Source: an uncultured delta proteobacterium
GTDB lineage: Bacteria > Desulfobacterota > Desulfobaccia > Desulfobaccales > 0-14-0-80-60-11
DNA: 64,000 bases
Direction: 5' to 3'
Assembly: GCA_963705115.1 (NCBI GenBank)
Contig: CAVPIX010000010.1
Coordinates: 331,096-395,095, forward strand
Within the stretch, counting starts at the first letter, position 1, and every line of letters begins with the position of its first letter. Shown piece by piece: positions 1-8,855 of this stretch. The notes under the pieces are model-generated. The model was not told the origin of the DNA. It saw only the letters and a list, made by a program, of their open reading frames with translations, and searched no databases. The translations under genes were made by a program, and so were the position numbers.

Positions 1-1
1 C

Positions 2-742
2 AAGCTCACTAACAACTCTCAGGATGATTGCGCACTTAAGGTCAACTCGAGTGGCCAACTTACCTGGATGTATTACGATGGCCACGATTGGGAGATACGG
101 TACTACGTGGGGAAGGGCGTGGTCCAGCGCACCAATAACACTTACGATGATATTCTGCCCCAGATCACTGATAACGGCATGATTTACTGGCAGGGCTGGG
201 ATGGCCACGACTATGAAATTTATAGCTACACCTTCGGAAAAAGCGCCATTCAACAACGCACCAACAACTCTCAGGATGATTGCGCACTTCAGGTCAACTC
301 GAGTGGGCAACTTACCTGGATGTATTACGATGGCCAAGATTGGGAGATACGGTACTACGTGGGGAAGGGCGTGGTCCAGCGCACCAATAACACTTACGAT
401 GATATTCTGCCCCAGATCACTGATGACGGCGTGATTTCCTGGCAGGGCTGGGATGGCCACGACTATGAGATTTATAGCTACACCTTCGGAAAAAGCGCCA
501 TTCAACAACTCACCAACAACACGGTGGACGATATTACCCCGGCAGTGAAAAGCGGGGTCTTGGTTTGGTCACAGTGGGACGATAATTATTGGCAGATTTA
601 CCAGGAGGTGCTGAGCACCGGCCTCGTCACCCAGATCACCAATGATAATTACGAAAACAAGAATCCCCGGATAACCGCCTCCGGCCAGATCGTCTGGCAG
701 AAGTGGGACGGGAGTGATTATGAGGTCTATGCTTACAAATAG
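2..742 (+). CDS. Tandem-repeat protein (beta-propeller-like WxGWDGxDYEIY repeats), 5' end off-window
   Basis: The frame is open from base 2 (KLTNNSQDDCALKVNSSGQLTWM...) into listed ORF 68..742. About 40-aa units ending in WDGxDYEIY / YDGxDWEIRYY recur. Two 252-nt DNA units (from 11 and from 263) are nearly identical. Stop TAG at 740-742. Confidence 0.6.
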   Translation, partial: KLTNNSQDDCALKVNSSGQLTWMYYDGHDWEIRYYVGKGVVQRTNNTYDDILPQITDNGMIYWQGWDGHDYEIYSYTFGKSAIQQRTNNSQDDCALQVNSSGQLTWMYYDGQDWEIRYYVGKGVVQRTNNTYDDILPQITDDGVISWQGWDGHDYEIYSYTFGKSAIQQLTNNTVDDITPAVKSGVLVWSQWDDNYWQIYQEVLSTGLVTQITNDNYENKNPRITASGQIVWQKWDGSDYEVYAYK

Positions 743-763
743 ACATTAAGAGAAGAGTTTTGC

Positions 764-791
764 GGCCCGCCCCCAATAGCGGGTTTTTTTT
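764..791 (+). terminator. Rho-independent terminator candidate
   Basis: CCCGC (766-770) pairs with GCGGG (779-783) around an 8-nt loop, followed by T8 (784-791). It lies about 22 nt after the stop. Confidence 0.6.
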
Positions 792-941
792 ATAATCCTG
801 AAGGACATTAATGGCTTGTGTCGGGGGGGTGAATATGAAAGATACCTGCCCTCTGTACGTAACAAAATAGAAGAGTGCTTCCTGAGTCCGTCGGGGTCAT
901 TATCTGCCTGTTCTTTCTGTTAAAAAAGGAAGGAGGCAGGG

Positions 942-1778
942 ATGACCCAGTGGGAAAATCAAGTTGAGCAGAAGCATCACGGCAAGCCTTTTCCAGAGGT
1001 GCTTATTTCTGGGGAAGGCGTTTTCCCTGAAGAACCGTTAACCCCGCCAAGTAGTTTCACCGATCTCCCCTCGGACCTTCCCCCGGCTGGACACCGGGAG
1101 TTTCTCCGCAAGCGCCGGTTCTTGGGAAAGGTGTTGCAGCACCTGCAAGCTTCCGGTCTTCCCGGCCAAGAACTGGTCCAAACCTTCCTGTTACACCTGT
1201 ACCGCCGCAATTGCCGGCCCAATACCCTGCGGGCCTATGCCGGAGCCATCCAACTCTTTCTCACCTTCCTGCACCATGCCGGGAAAGCTCACCTGGAGGC
1301 TCTCGCCCGGGGTGACCTGGAGGCCTTTCTGGAGGAGGAGCTGACCACCCTGTTCAGCGCCATTAAGCGGCTCCGGGACCGGGCCCTCTTCTTGCTGATG
1401 CTGCGCAGTGGCTTGCGGGTGGAAGAAGTGGCGAAACTGAGCCTGGAGGCCCTGGACCTGACCCGCGGCCGGGTTCACGTCCACCACGGCAAGGGCGGCA
1501 AGGACCGGGTGGTGTATATCAGCCCGGAATTCCACGGGGCCTTGGTAGCTTACCTGCAGCTCAGGCCCCGGCTCAAGGCCAAGCAGGTCTTTTTGGTGGA
1601 GAAGGGACCTTATACGGGCAACCCTCTGTCCGTGCGGGGCATCCAGAAACTCCTGGACTACTATGCCCGGAAGACCAGGGTAACCACGTCCTGCCATCAC
1701 CTGCGGCACACCATGGCCACCCAGCTCCTCAATGCCGATGCTGCCCTGGTAAGCATCCAGGATCTCCTGGGGCACACC
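942..1778 (+). pseudogene. Tyrosine recombinase/integrase, 3'-truncated (lacks catalytic Tyr region)
   Basis: It has an N-terminal SAM-like region and the catalytic-domain motifs RDRALFLLMLRSGLRVEEV and HHLRHTMATQLLNADAALVSIQDLLGH. Similarity ends at about 1778 and the ORF runs on as unrelated sequence to 1850. A possible internal deletion lies after LEAFLEE. Confidence 0.7.
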
Positions 1779-2155
1779 GTGGGGATCCCCAAGGGGCGTT
1801 CCCCACCTCCCGGTTTGGGGATCTTCACCCTTTTCACCGGCTGCGGCTGATACGCGCCCTGCAACAACTGCTCCCGAATCCGGGGCCAGTGCTCCTTGAG
1901 ATAGTCGGCCAGCTCTTCCACCCTCATACCGTCTATCCCCGGACTGCCCTGGTTGGCCTTGACTCGCTTCAGCGCCCTCACCAGATTATCTCGCTGACAC
2001 ACCTCCTCCATCAGACACTCAGGTGACGCCGGGCTTTCAGTGCCATATCCCGCCCTGACGGCTTCAGTCCCTCCACCAGCAGCCTTCGGGGCTTCACCCC
2101 TACCCTCTGCCGGAAAGGCCAGCTTCATCTGGTTTTTCTGCTGCTTGGCCGCCAT
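1779..2155 (-). pseudogene. Group II intron reverse transcriptase/maturase, N-terminal fragment only
   Basis: Carries the motifs NLVRALKRVKANQGSPGIDGMRVEELADYLKEHWPRIREQLLQGAYQPQPVKRVKIPKPGGGERPLGIPTV (RT0-RT1). After PTV the ORF is antisense integrase sequence. Confidence 0.75.
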
Positions 2156-2562
2156 GAGAGATACGTCCTACTTGCCGCTCCATACCGTTCGGCCCTTCGG
2201 TGAGATTCCACCTACTATGGCCTCTGCTGACTCCTGGGCCGCGGTCAGAGGGCCTCACGACCCCCTCAGTCCCGAATCCGGGACACGACCCAGGCCTCCC
2301 GAGGTAAGCACCGCCGCCTTCGCCACACACCTGCCGGATTTACAGCCCTGGCCCTTGATGGATATGGACTTCGCGATCATTTGCCCACTCGTCCGGCCAG
2401 TCCTGCCTCGTATCCGGTTTCTGTCCGTCAGGTCATGGCTTTGCTCCACGCTTCCTTCAGACCCCACCTCACGATGACGCCCTTGCGCTTCGCTAACCCT
2501 TCACCTCCATCAGGTTGGGTAGAGGACTTTCACCTCCAAGCTGCGGCGCATGCCCGGCACAC
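1779..2562 (-). mobile_element. Group II intron 5' fragment (domains I-III plus start of the IEP ORF), 3' part missing
   Basis: The minus strand from 2562 reads GUGUGCCGGGCAUGCGCCGCAGCUUGGAGGUGAAAGUCC..., directly after a hairpin+U6. An RT-type ORF opens at 2155. No domain V/VI and no RT3-7 were seen. Confidence 0.7.
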
Positions 2563-2589
2563 AAAAAAGGCGGGCACGGAGGCCCGCCC
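2563..2589 (-). terminator. Rho-independent terminator of the GAF gene (also the intron insertion site)
   Basis: Minus strand: GGCGGGC (2588-2582), loop CUCCGU, GCCCGCC (2575-2569), then U6 (2568-2563). It lies 47 nt after the stop at 2636. Confidence 0.75.
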
Positions 2590-2635
2590 GAACATCTGCA
2601 AGGGGCAGAAAGCAAGGAATATATGGGACATGACA

Positions 2636-3739
2636 CTAGGTCAGCAGGCCCGCCTCCTCCCGGTATTTGACGCAGGGGGTCCAGGACCCCAGGGGACGCT
2701 TGCAGCCCCGGCAACTATTTTCCCCCTGGCGTATCTTGCAGTAGCTTTTGACCACCACCTCAAACAACTTGCCGTTTCTGATGGCAAAAGCTATTTCTTC
2801 GGCAATGGTTTGTAAAAACAGCAAATCATCTTCATGAAAACCCCCGTCATATTTATTGAGGATTTGCAGGACGCCGATCTTTTCTTCACCCGCGGTCAAG
2901 GGGATGACAATCATGTTGCGGGTGACAAAGCCTGATTCCTGGTCAAATCTTTTGAAAAACCTGGGGTCATGCTGCACATCATTGATGACCTCACCCTGCT
3001 GCGTAGCCAGCACGGCCCCGGCCAAGCCATGATCGGAGGGGAAACTGGCCATGAGCAGCACGGGTTTGGCCGGACCCTCGGCGCTGTAAAACCGGAAGTT
3101 CTTTTGCTCATAATCAAGCAGGAGCACCGAGGCCGCCTCCACCCCGAAAGATTCCATGCAGAAATAGAGGACCGCCTCCAGGACATCCTTTAAATCCAGG
3201 GCCTGGGCAATCATGGAGCTGATGTTCAGGTATGTGTTGAGATTCCTGATTTGCCGCTGGTGTTCCAACTGATCGATACTCTTATTTAAGGCGCACGTAA
3301 AAAAATTCAGGGCTTTTTTAATCGAGTAGGGATCAGTGTTCTCCATGGTGTCATGCAGAACCCCCAACAATCCTATGGTGGCTTCTTCCCTGGAGAGGGG
3401 GTACATGTACAGGCAGACCTTGGGATAAGGGGGGAGGAGCAGGGTCTCCGGGGGCGCTTGGGCTTGGGGAGGGAGGTGCCGGAGGCGCTCCTCGCACAGA
3501 CCGGCCACCGTAGGCACCGCCTCAAGGGTCAACCCTACCTGAAAAAAAGTCTCCATGGGGAGGGGAGTCTTTTTCAGGGACAGGACCGCAGCCGGCGCCC
3601 CGGTGAGGGTGGCCAACCCTCCCAAGAAGGGCTCCGCCAGCTCCCGCAAGTTCTTGGCGTGGACCATCTTTTCAGCCAAATCAAGGAGGAGCTGGGACTC
3701 CTCCACCCCAGACCGTACGTGAGCGGCTCCAGCAGGCAT
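2636..3739 (-). CDS. GAF domain protein with Cys-rich C-terminal tail
   Basis: GAF-like block GLAGAVLATQQGEVINDVQHDPRFFKRFDQESGFVTRNMIVIPLTAGEEKIGVLQILNK. C-terminal SYCKIRQGENSCRGCKRPLGSWTPC. AGGAG lies 8 nt before the ATG. Confidence 0.75.
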   Translation of the reverse strand: MPAGAAHVRSGVEESQLLLDLAEKMVHAKNLRELAEPFLGGLATLTGAPAAVLSLKKTPLPMETFFQVGLTLEAVPTVAGLCEERLRHLPPQAQAPPETLLLPPYPKVCLYMYPLSREEATIGLLGVLHDTMENTDPYSIKKALNFFTCALNKSIDQLEHQRQIRNLNTYLNISSMIAQALDLKDVLEAVLYFCMESFGVEAASVLLLDYEQKNFRFYSAEGPAKPVLLMASFPSDHGLAGAVLATQQGEVINDVQHDPRFFKRFDQESGFVTRNMIVIPLTAGEEKIGVLQILNKYDGGFHEDDLLFLQTIAEEIAFAIRNGKLFEVVVKSYCKIRQGENSCRGCKRPLGSWTPCVKYREEAGLLT

Positions 3740-3922
3740 AGCGGTGGCTCCTGTGGTGGGAAGAATATGATATGTAGGTTGACCGGGGCTTCCCTCCTGA
3801 AACGCGGGAAGCCCCAGGCTTAACTCGCAGTAATGGCGGGCATTAACTAAAGGACTACCGTTTTCTGGGCGCTGCTCCTTGGTTGTTGACGGTCATCAGA
3901 AGAAAAACTTGCGGCCCTCCCC

Positions 3923-5092
3923 CTATTGGAAATTGCTCACCGGTGTCTGGCCCTGGCCAACGGAGCTTCCGGGCTGGGTGGACTGCACCGCCACAGGAGT
4001 GTAACTCAGGGCCTCTCCCATGGCCAAGCCCATCCCCTCCTTGCATTTGGTCACATCGGTGGGATCCGCGCCGTTCTTGATCAGGGTGTCGGCGATGCGA
4101 TTCACCTCGGCGGGCAGTTTGGCCTGATTTATCTGGTCCTGGGTGGGGGGATAGTTGGGCAGTTGCCCCTCAATGCCAATATTGGGGAGATTCGTGACTA
4201 TGGCCAAATCCCCGGCTTTGAGGCCGCCTACGATGGGAGCCAGGTTTTTCATGAGAATGCCGTATTCCCCTTCGGAGACGTCGGCCTCCCTGAGACTGCG
4301 CAGGGCTTCCACCGAACATTTCAGGATAATGCAGGGGGTGCAGAACTTGGCGAATTCAGGATCCTGGCCGCACACCTGCTGGAAGTCGACGATCAGCCTC
4401 TCCAAGTCAACACCGAGCAGGACCGCGGCCTTGACCAGCGCACAGGGATCGACTTTGGCTTCCAGGCCTTCCTCCACAATCTGGCGGAGGCTCATGTTTT
4501 TCTTTAACCGCTCCGCCACGAATTTCACCGCCGGAGCGTCGGGCTGGGTGTCGGCGGAATACATCCTGACTCTGATTTTGCTCTTTTCCGGCCTGGTGGA
4601 CTTGGGGTCGGGGACCACGTAAAACACCGTGCCCTCGGGTTTGGCCACGGTGATCATCTTGGTGCCCCGGATGCCGGCGATGGCCGTGGTGGTGCGAATC
4701 TGGATGTCTTTTTGCTGCAGCTTTTCGGTGCTGGGAATGACCGTCTCCACCACCCCTTCCATGACCTTAATGGAGCCCTTGGCCTTCCCTTTACTGGCAT
4801 CGTACATGTATTCTTCGATGGTCACCTTGCTCTTGGGGGACAAGGTCATGGTGGAGTCGTCCACAAACTGCACCACGGCCATGGATTGTTCCCGGGTGCG
4901 CAGCTGATCCTGGTTGGCCACCCCGTCGGGCACCTTGGCCGCCGTGGCCGCCTCTTTCCCCTGCTTTAATTGCTCCACCTGGTTGACCACCCGGGAAAAT
5001 TTCCCCACATCTTCAGCCGAGACCAATGCGGCCCCGCCGAGGACGCCGGCCAACAGCAATGCCGCCAAAAAGCCTGGCCACCCTTTTTTCAT
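3923..5092 (-). CDS. Secreted FecR-domain protein
   Basis: Signal peptide MKKGWPGFLAALLLAGVLGGAALVSA. FecR-like beta-rich region (VNQVEQLKQG...MAVVQFVDDSTMTLSPKSKVTIEE...GIRGTKMITV). Strong SD GGGAGGAGG. Confidence 0.75.
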   Translation of the reverse strand: MKKGWPGFLAALLLAGVLGGAALVSAEDVGKFSRVVNQVEQLKQGKEAATAAKVPDGVANQDQLRTREQSMAVVQFVDDSTMTLSPKSKVTIEEYMYDASKGKAKGSIKVMEGVVETVIPSTEKLQQKDIQIRTTTAIAGIRGTKMITVAKPEGTVFYVVPDPKSTRPEKSKIRVRMYSADTQPDAPAVKFVAERLKKNMSLRQIVEEGLEAKVDPCALVKAAVLLGVDLERLIVDFQQVCGQDPEFAKFCTPCIILKCSVEALRSLREADVSEGEYGILMKNLAPIVGGLKAGDLAIVTNLPNIGIEGQLPNYPPTQDQINQAKLPAEVNRIADTLIKNGADPTDVTKCKEGMGLAMGEALSYTPVAVQSTQPGSSVGQGQTPVSNFQ

Positions 5093-5641
5093 GAAAGGCC
5101 TCCTCCCTTATCCTCCGTGGGATGGTAGCAACGCCCCTGAATAACCAGAAAAAAGCAGTTCGGACCGCGTCCCCTTGACTGGGGGCCAAGGGGCAGCCCC
5201 GCCCTGGAACTCGCGGTTCACGGGCCTGAAAGTAATGGGAGATTGACTCAGGACAGTGCTCTCATCACCGGAAGACCGTGATAATCCAGGTGCTCGGCAG
5301 TTTACCTGCTTTTGCCGGAAATGAGAAGCCATGGCTGCTACTGTTCAGTGGGCAGGTGATTTAATTTCCTGGAAAAAATTATATCATAGAATTATGCCGC
5401 AAAATAGTACATAAGTACATAGTTAAAAATTACTTTCCCTCTCCTAATTTTGCAATTACCATGCCTTTCTTAACCATTTGATAATATATATTATTTATTT
5501 CTATTCTTTTAATGATTGTTCCATTGGTTAATCATCTGTTTCAATATTTGAACTTTGCCGTTCTCTATATTTTTGAGCAAATGATTTTTTAGCCTACCCT
5601 TTTTCCCTTTGCGAACCAACGGAAGACTCGGCAGGATATTT

Positions 5642-5670
5642 TTGTCAAGCCTCCCTCTTTGTGGTATGAG
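5642..5670 (+). promoter_or_regulatory. Sigma70-like promoter candidate for the CHASE2 cyclase (would give a near-leaderless mRNA)
   Basis: TTGTCA (5642-5647), a 17-nt spacer, then TATGAG (5665-5670). The ATG is at 5679. Confidence 0.25.
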
Positions 5671-5678
5671 TTCATCTT

Positions 5679-7961
5679 ATGAGCCCCGAAGTCCCCACCG
5701 CCAGCTTGCCTGAAGCCGCCAAAACCAGATTCTCCTCCCGGCGGGCCAGTTGGCTGCTGGTAGCCGCCCTGACCCTGGTGGTCTTGGCCCTGGCCCTCTT
5801 CCGCCCCCAGCTTACCGAGTTTATGGAACTGAAACTCGTGGATCTCAAGTTCCTCTTCCGGGGGGTTATGCCGGCCAGCCCGGAATTGGCCATCGTGGCC
5901 ATCGACGACGAGAGCCTGGCCAGCCTGGGGCGCTGGCCCTGGCCCCGGGAAGTATTTTCCCGGCTGATGCAGCGCCTCAAGGAGGCCCAGCCCAAGGTCA
6001 TCGGCCTGGACATTATCTTCGCCGAAAAGAGTGACAGCGCGGTGGCCGCCTCCATGGAGCGTCTCCGGCAGAAATTATCCCGGCGGGGCCAGGGCTCCCA
6101 GGAACTGTTGGCCTTGCTCCAGGAGGAGAAGCAGGCCGCCGACGTGGACCGCCGCCTGGCGGAGGAAATCGGTCAGGGCAGCCCCACCGTCCTGGGCTTT
6201 TATTTCAAAAAGGTGGGGGTCACGGTGCTGAGTGCGGAGCCCCCCCAAGACCTGGAACCCACCGTCATCCAGGTGAGCACCTACAACATCGTGCGCCGCC
6301 TGGGCCAGAAGGACCAGCATTTGCCCATCATCGGGGCCGCGGGGGTGGAAGTCAATCTGCCGGGCATCGCCGCGGCCGCGGCCGGCGGCGGCTATTTCAA
6401 CATGATCCCGGACCCGGACGGCACGGTGCGCTCCTCTCCCCTGGCCGTGGCTTACGGCCCTTATGTGTTCGCCCCACTGTCCCTGGTGACCCTGCAGCAT
6501 TTTCTGGACAACCAGCCCTTGGGGATCGCGGTTTCCCATTTCGGCGTCAAAGAAGTCCGCCTGGGCCGGGACCTCATCCCGGTGGACCGCTACGGCCGGA
6601 TGCTCATCAATTATTTGGGGCCGCCCGGCTCCTTCCCCCTGTATTCGGCCCGGGCCGTCATGGAAGGGAACGTCCCGCCCGATGCCTTAAAGGATAAGAT
6701 CGTCCTGGTGGGGGCCACCGCGGTGGGGGTCTATGATATGCGCGTCACCCCCTTTTCCGGGGTTTTCCCGGGGATTGAGATCCAGGCCACCATCGTTGAT
6801 AACGTTTTGCGGCGCAATTTTCTTAGGACCACCCCCTATGCGCCCCTCCCGGCTCTCCTCCTGATCGTGGTCCTTGGGGTGCTCTTAGGACTCATCCTCC
6901 CCCGGATGTCGGCCATCTGGGTATTCATGATCGGCCTTCTGCTGCTGATCAGCTTCATTGCCGCCAATTACGCCATTTTTCGCTATCTGGGGGTCAATCT
7001 GGACCTGTTTTACCCCATGCTGGAAATTATTCTCGTGACCGCGGGCATTAATCTCCAGAGCTTCTTAAGGGAGGAAAGAGCCCGAATCAGCCTGAAAAAG
7101 GCCTTCCAATCGTATGTCTCCCCGAGCATCGTGGAGGAAATCATCAAGAACCCGAAATTGCTGCGGCTGGGAGGGGAGCGCCGGGACCTAACCATTTTCT
7201 TCTGCGATATTCGCGACTTCACCAATATGGCCGAGAGGATGGATCCCGAGGACTTGGCCACCACACTGCACAATTTCTTAAATCCCATGAGCAAAATCGT
7301 GGTCAAACACGGGGGCACCATCGACAAGTTCATCGGGGACGCCATCATGGCCCTGTATGGCGCTCCCCTCCATTTTCCCGATCATGCCCGCCGGGCCTGT
7401 GCCACCGCCATTGACATGATTGACACCCTGAAGGCCCTTGATGAGGAGTGGGTGGGCCAGGGCCGCCCGGCCCTGAAAATCGGCATCGGCATCAACAGCG
7501 GCCCGGTGGCCGTAGGCAACATGGGCTCCGACACCCTGTTCGACTACACCGCCATCGGCGACAACGTCAATCTGGCGGCCCGCCTGGAGGGCCTCAACAA
7601 ATACTACGGCACCGAAATCATCATCAGCGGTTCCACCGCGGCGTCCCTGGATGACCAGTTTGTCCTCAGGGAACTGGACCTGGTGCGGGTCAAGGGGAAA
7701 CAGCAACAGGTGGCCATTTTTGAATTAATGAGCACAGCCCCTCCTGACCCCAACCTGGAGGCGTTTCTTAAACTATATCACCAGGGTCTGGAATATTTGC
7801 GCCAACGCCAGTGGGAGGAGGCGGTGACCGCCTTCTCCGCGGCCCTGCGGCTGCGTCCCCAGGACCATCAAGGCCACCGCTACCTGGCCCTGGCGCAACA
7901 ATACCTGGCCGAACCCCCAGGTCCGGAATGGCAGGGTCTCTCCATTATGCGGGACAAATAA
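5679..7961 (+). CDS. CHASE2 sensor-domain adenylate/guanylate cyclase (class III) with C-terminal TPR-like tail
   Basis: N-terminal TM segment, a periplasmic CHASE2-like region (AIVAIDDESLASLGRWPWPR), and 3 TM helices. Cyclase motifs are LTIFFCDIRDFT, IDKFIGDAIMALYGAP and GDNVNLAARLEG. Confidence 0.9.
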   Translation: MSPEVPTASLPEAAKTRFSSRRASWLLVAALTLVVLALALFRPQLTEFMELKLVDLKFLFRGVMPASPELAIVAIDDESLASLGRWPWPREVFSRLMQRLKEAQPKVIGLDIIFAEKSDSAVAASMERLRQKLSRRGQGSQELLALLQEEKQAADVDRRLAEEIGQGSPTVLGFYFKKVGVTVLSAEPPQDLEPTVIQVSTYNIVRRLGQKDQHLPIIGAAGVEVNLPGIAAAAAGGGYFNMIPDPDGTVRSSPLAVAYGPYVFAPLSLVTLQHFLDNQPLGIAVSHFGVKEVRLGRDLIPVDRYGRMLINYLGPPGSFPLYSARAVMEGNVPPDALKDKIVLVGATAVGVYDMRVTPFSGVFPGIEIQATIVDNVLRRNFLRTTPYAPLPALLLIVVLGVLLGLILPRMSAIWVFMIGLLLLISFIAANYAIFRYLGVNLDLFYPMLEIILVTAGINLQSFLREERARISLKKAFQSYVSPSIVEEIIKNPKLLRLGGERRDLTIFFCDIRDFTNMAERMDPEDLATTLHNFLNPMSKIVVKHGGTIDKFIGDAIMALYGAPLHFPDHARRACATAIDMIDTLKALDEEWVGQGRPALKIGIGINSGPVAVGNMGSDTLFDYTAIGDNVNLAARLEGLNKYYGTEIIISGSTAASLDDQFVLRELDLVRVKGKQQQVAIFELMSTAPPDPNLEAFLKLYHQGLEYLRQRQWEEAVTAFSAALRLRPQDHQGHRYLALAQQYLAEPPGPEWQGLSIMRDK

Positions 7962-8010
7962 TCCGGCCGCTGTCCGAAAAGTTCAAGGTTCAAGGGTCAA
8001 AGAAGATATC

Positions 8011-8058
8011 GGGTGCGCACTGCGCACCGGGATGGCGGGCAGGGACGCCCGCCCCACC
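8011..8058. repeat. Two-hairpin composite repeat (GGTGCGC..GCGCACC + GGCGGGCAGGGACGCCCGCC-CCACC family)
   Basis: Near-identical composite at 60623-60669, and inverted at 32142-32187. Single-hairpin copies at 25712-25735, 38823-38850 and 40837-40858. Confidence 0.8.
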
Positions 8059-8182
8059 AATTTTTTCATGATTTTGGGTCTGCCAAAGGCTAATAAGCGA
8101 CAGCGCAGAGAATTAGGAGATTCTTAGCTGCGCTCAGAATGACAGGCTCCTTATGTCAGCGCCTAGTGGGGGTCTGGGGAGA

Positions 8183-8209
8183 GTAGGGGCGGGGTTACCC
8201 CGCCCCTAC
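8183..8209. repeat. GTAGGGGC...GCCCCTAC palindromic repeat
   Basis: GTAGGGGCGGGGTTACCCCGCCCCTAC. The same frame with different cores occurs at 25649-25699, 55196-55223 and 61920-61967. Confidence 0.8.
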
Positions 8210-8267
8210 GTCTCTGGCCCTCCCCTCAATGAAAAAACTTCTGCTCTGTACGGGGCTAAGGGCATAA

Positions 8268-8855
8268 TCACACCACCGCCAAAGCCAGCCAGCCGCCTTC
8301 CAGGGGCCGGGCCCAGGCCCTCACCGCCTCGGGGGTCTGAACCAGGAGTTCCAGCCCCTCCCAGGCCGGGGCCAGGAGGGCCACCCGGAGGTCCAGGGGG
8401 TCTTTGGTGTGAAAGCCCACTCCCAGGGCCTTGACCGCGGCCTCCTTGGCAGCCCATAACAGGGCCGCGGCCAAGGCCCTCTCGCCCCGGCAATGCCGCC
8501 AGGCCCCGTCCCATTCTTCCGGGTGAAAGGCGCGGGCGTAGGGATAGGGCGGTTGAAAATCCTCCACGCGGGCCGCGTCCACACCCACCCGGCCTTGTCC
8601 CGTCATCGCAGCCCAAATAAGGCCCCCCGCTTCACTGAAGGAGATGCTCGGCCCGGAGCTCTCCCCGAGTTTGAGGAGGGGTTGGCCCAGGGGGCCGGGT
8701 TCCAGAGCCAGGGGCCCCCATTCAGGAGCTTCGCGCCAGGCCGGGGCCAATCCAGCCAGGGCATGAAGCAGCCGGGCCGCCATAAGCTCCCGGGTCCCCT
8801 GCCCGGCCGCCATGGCCCCATACACCACCGGCCCCCCCCGGCCCAAGCGGGGCAA
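8268..8855 (-). CDS. 4'-phosphopantetheinyl transferase (Sfp-type superfamily)
   Basis: Contains LWAAKEAAVKALG (W-x-x-KEA-x-x-K signature) and VGVDAARVEDF. About 195 aa. Confidence 0.7.
   Translation of the reverse strand: MPRLGRGGPVVYGAMAAGQGTRELMAARLLHALAGLAPAWREAPEWGPLALEPGPLGQPLLKLGESSGPSISFSEAGGLIWAAMTGQGRVGVDAARVEDFQPPYPYARAFHPEEWDGAWRHCRGERALAAALLWAAKEAAVKALGVGFHTKDPLDLRVALLAPAWEGLELLVQTPEAVRAWARPLEGGWLALAVV

Noticed and set aside
8153-8616. Several overlapping P/G-rich ORFs (8153.., 8206.., 8321..)
   Set aside because: They read through palindromic repeats or alternative frames of the PPTase gene and have no motifs.
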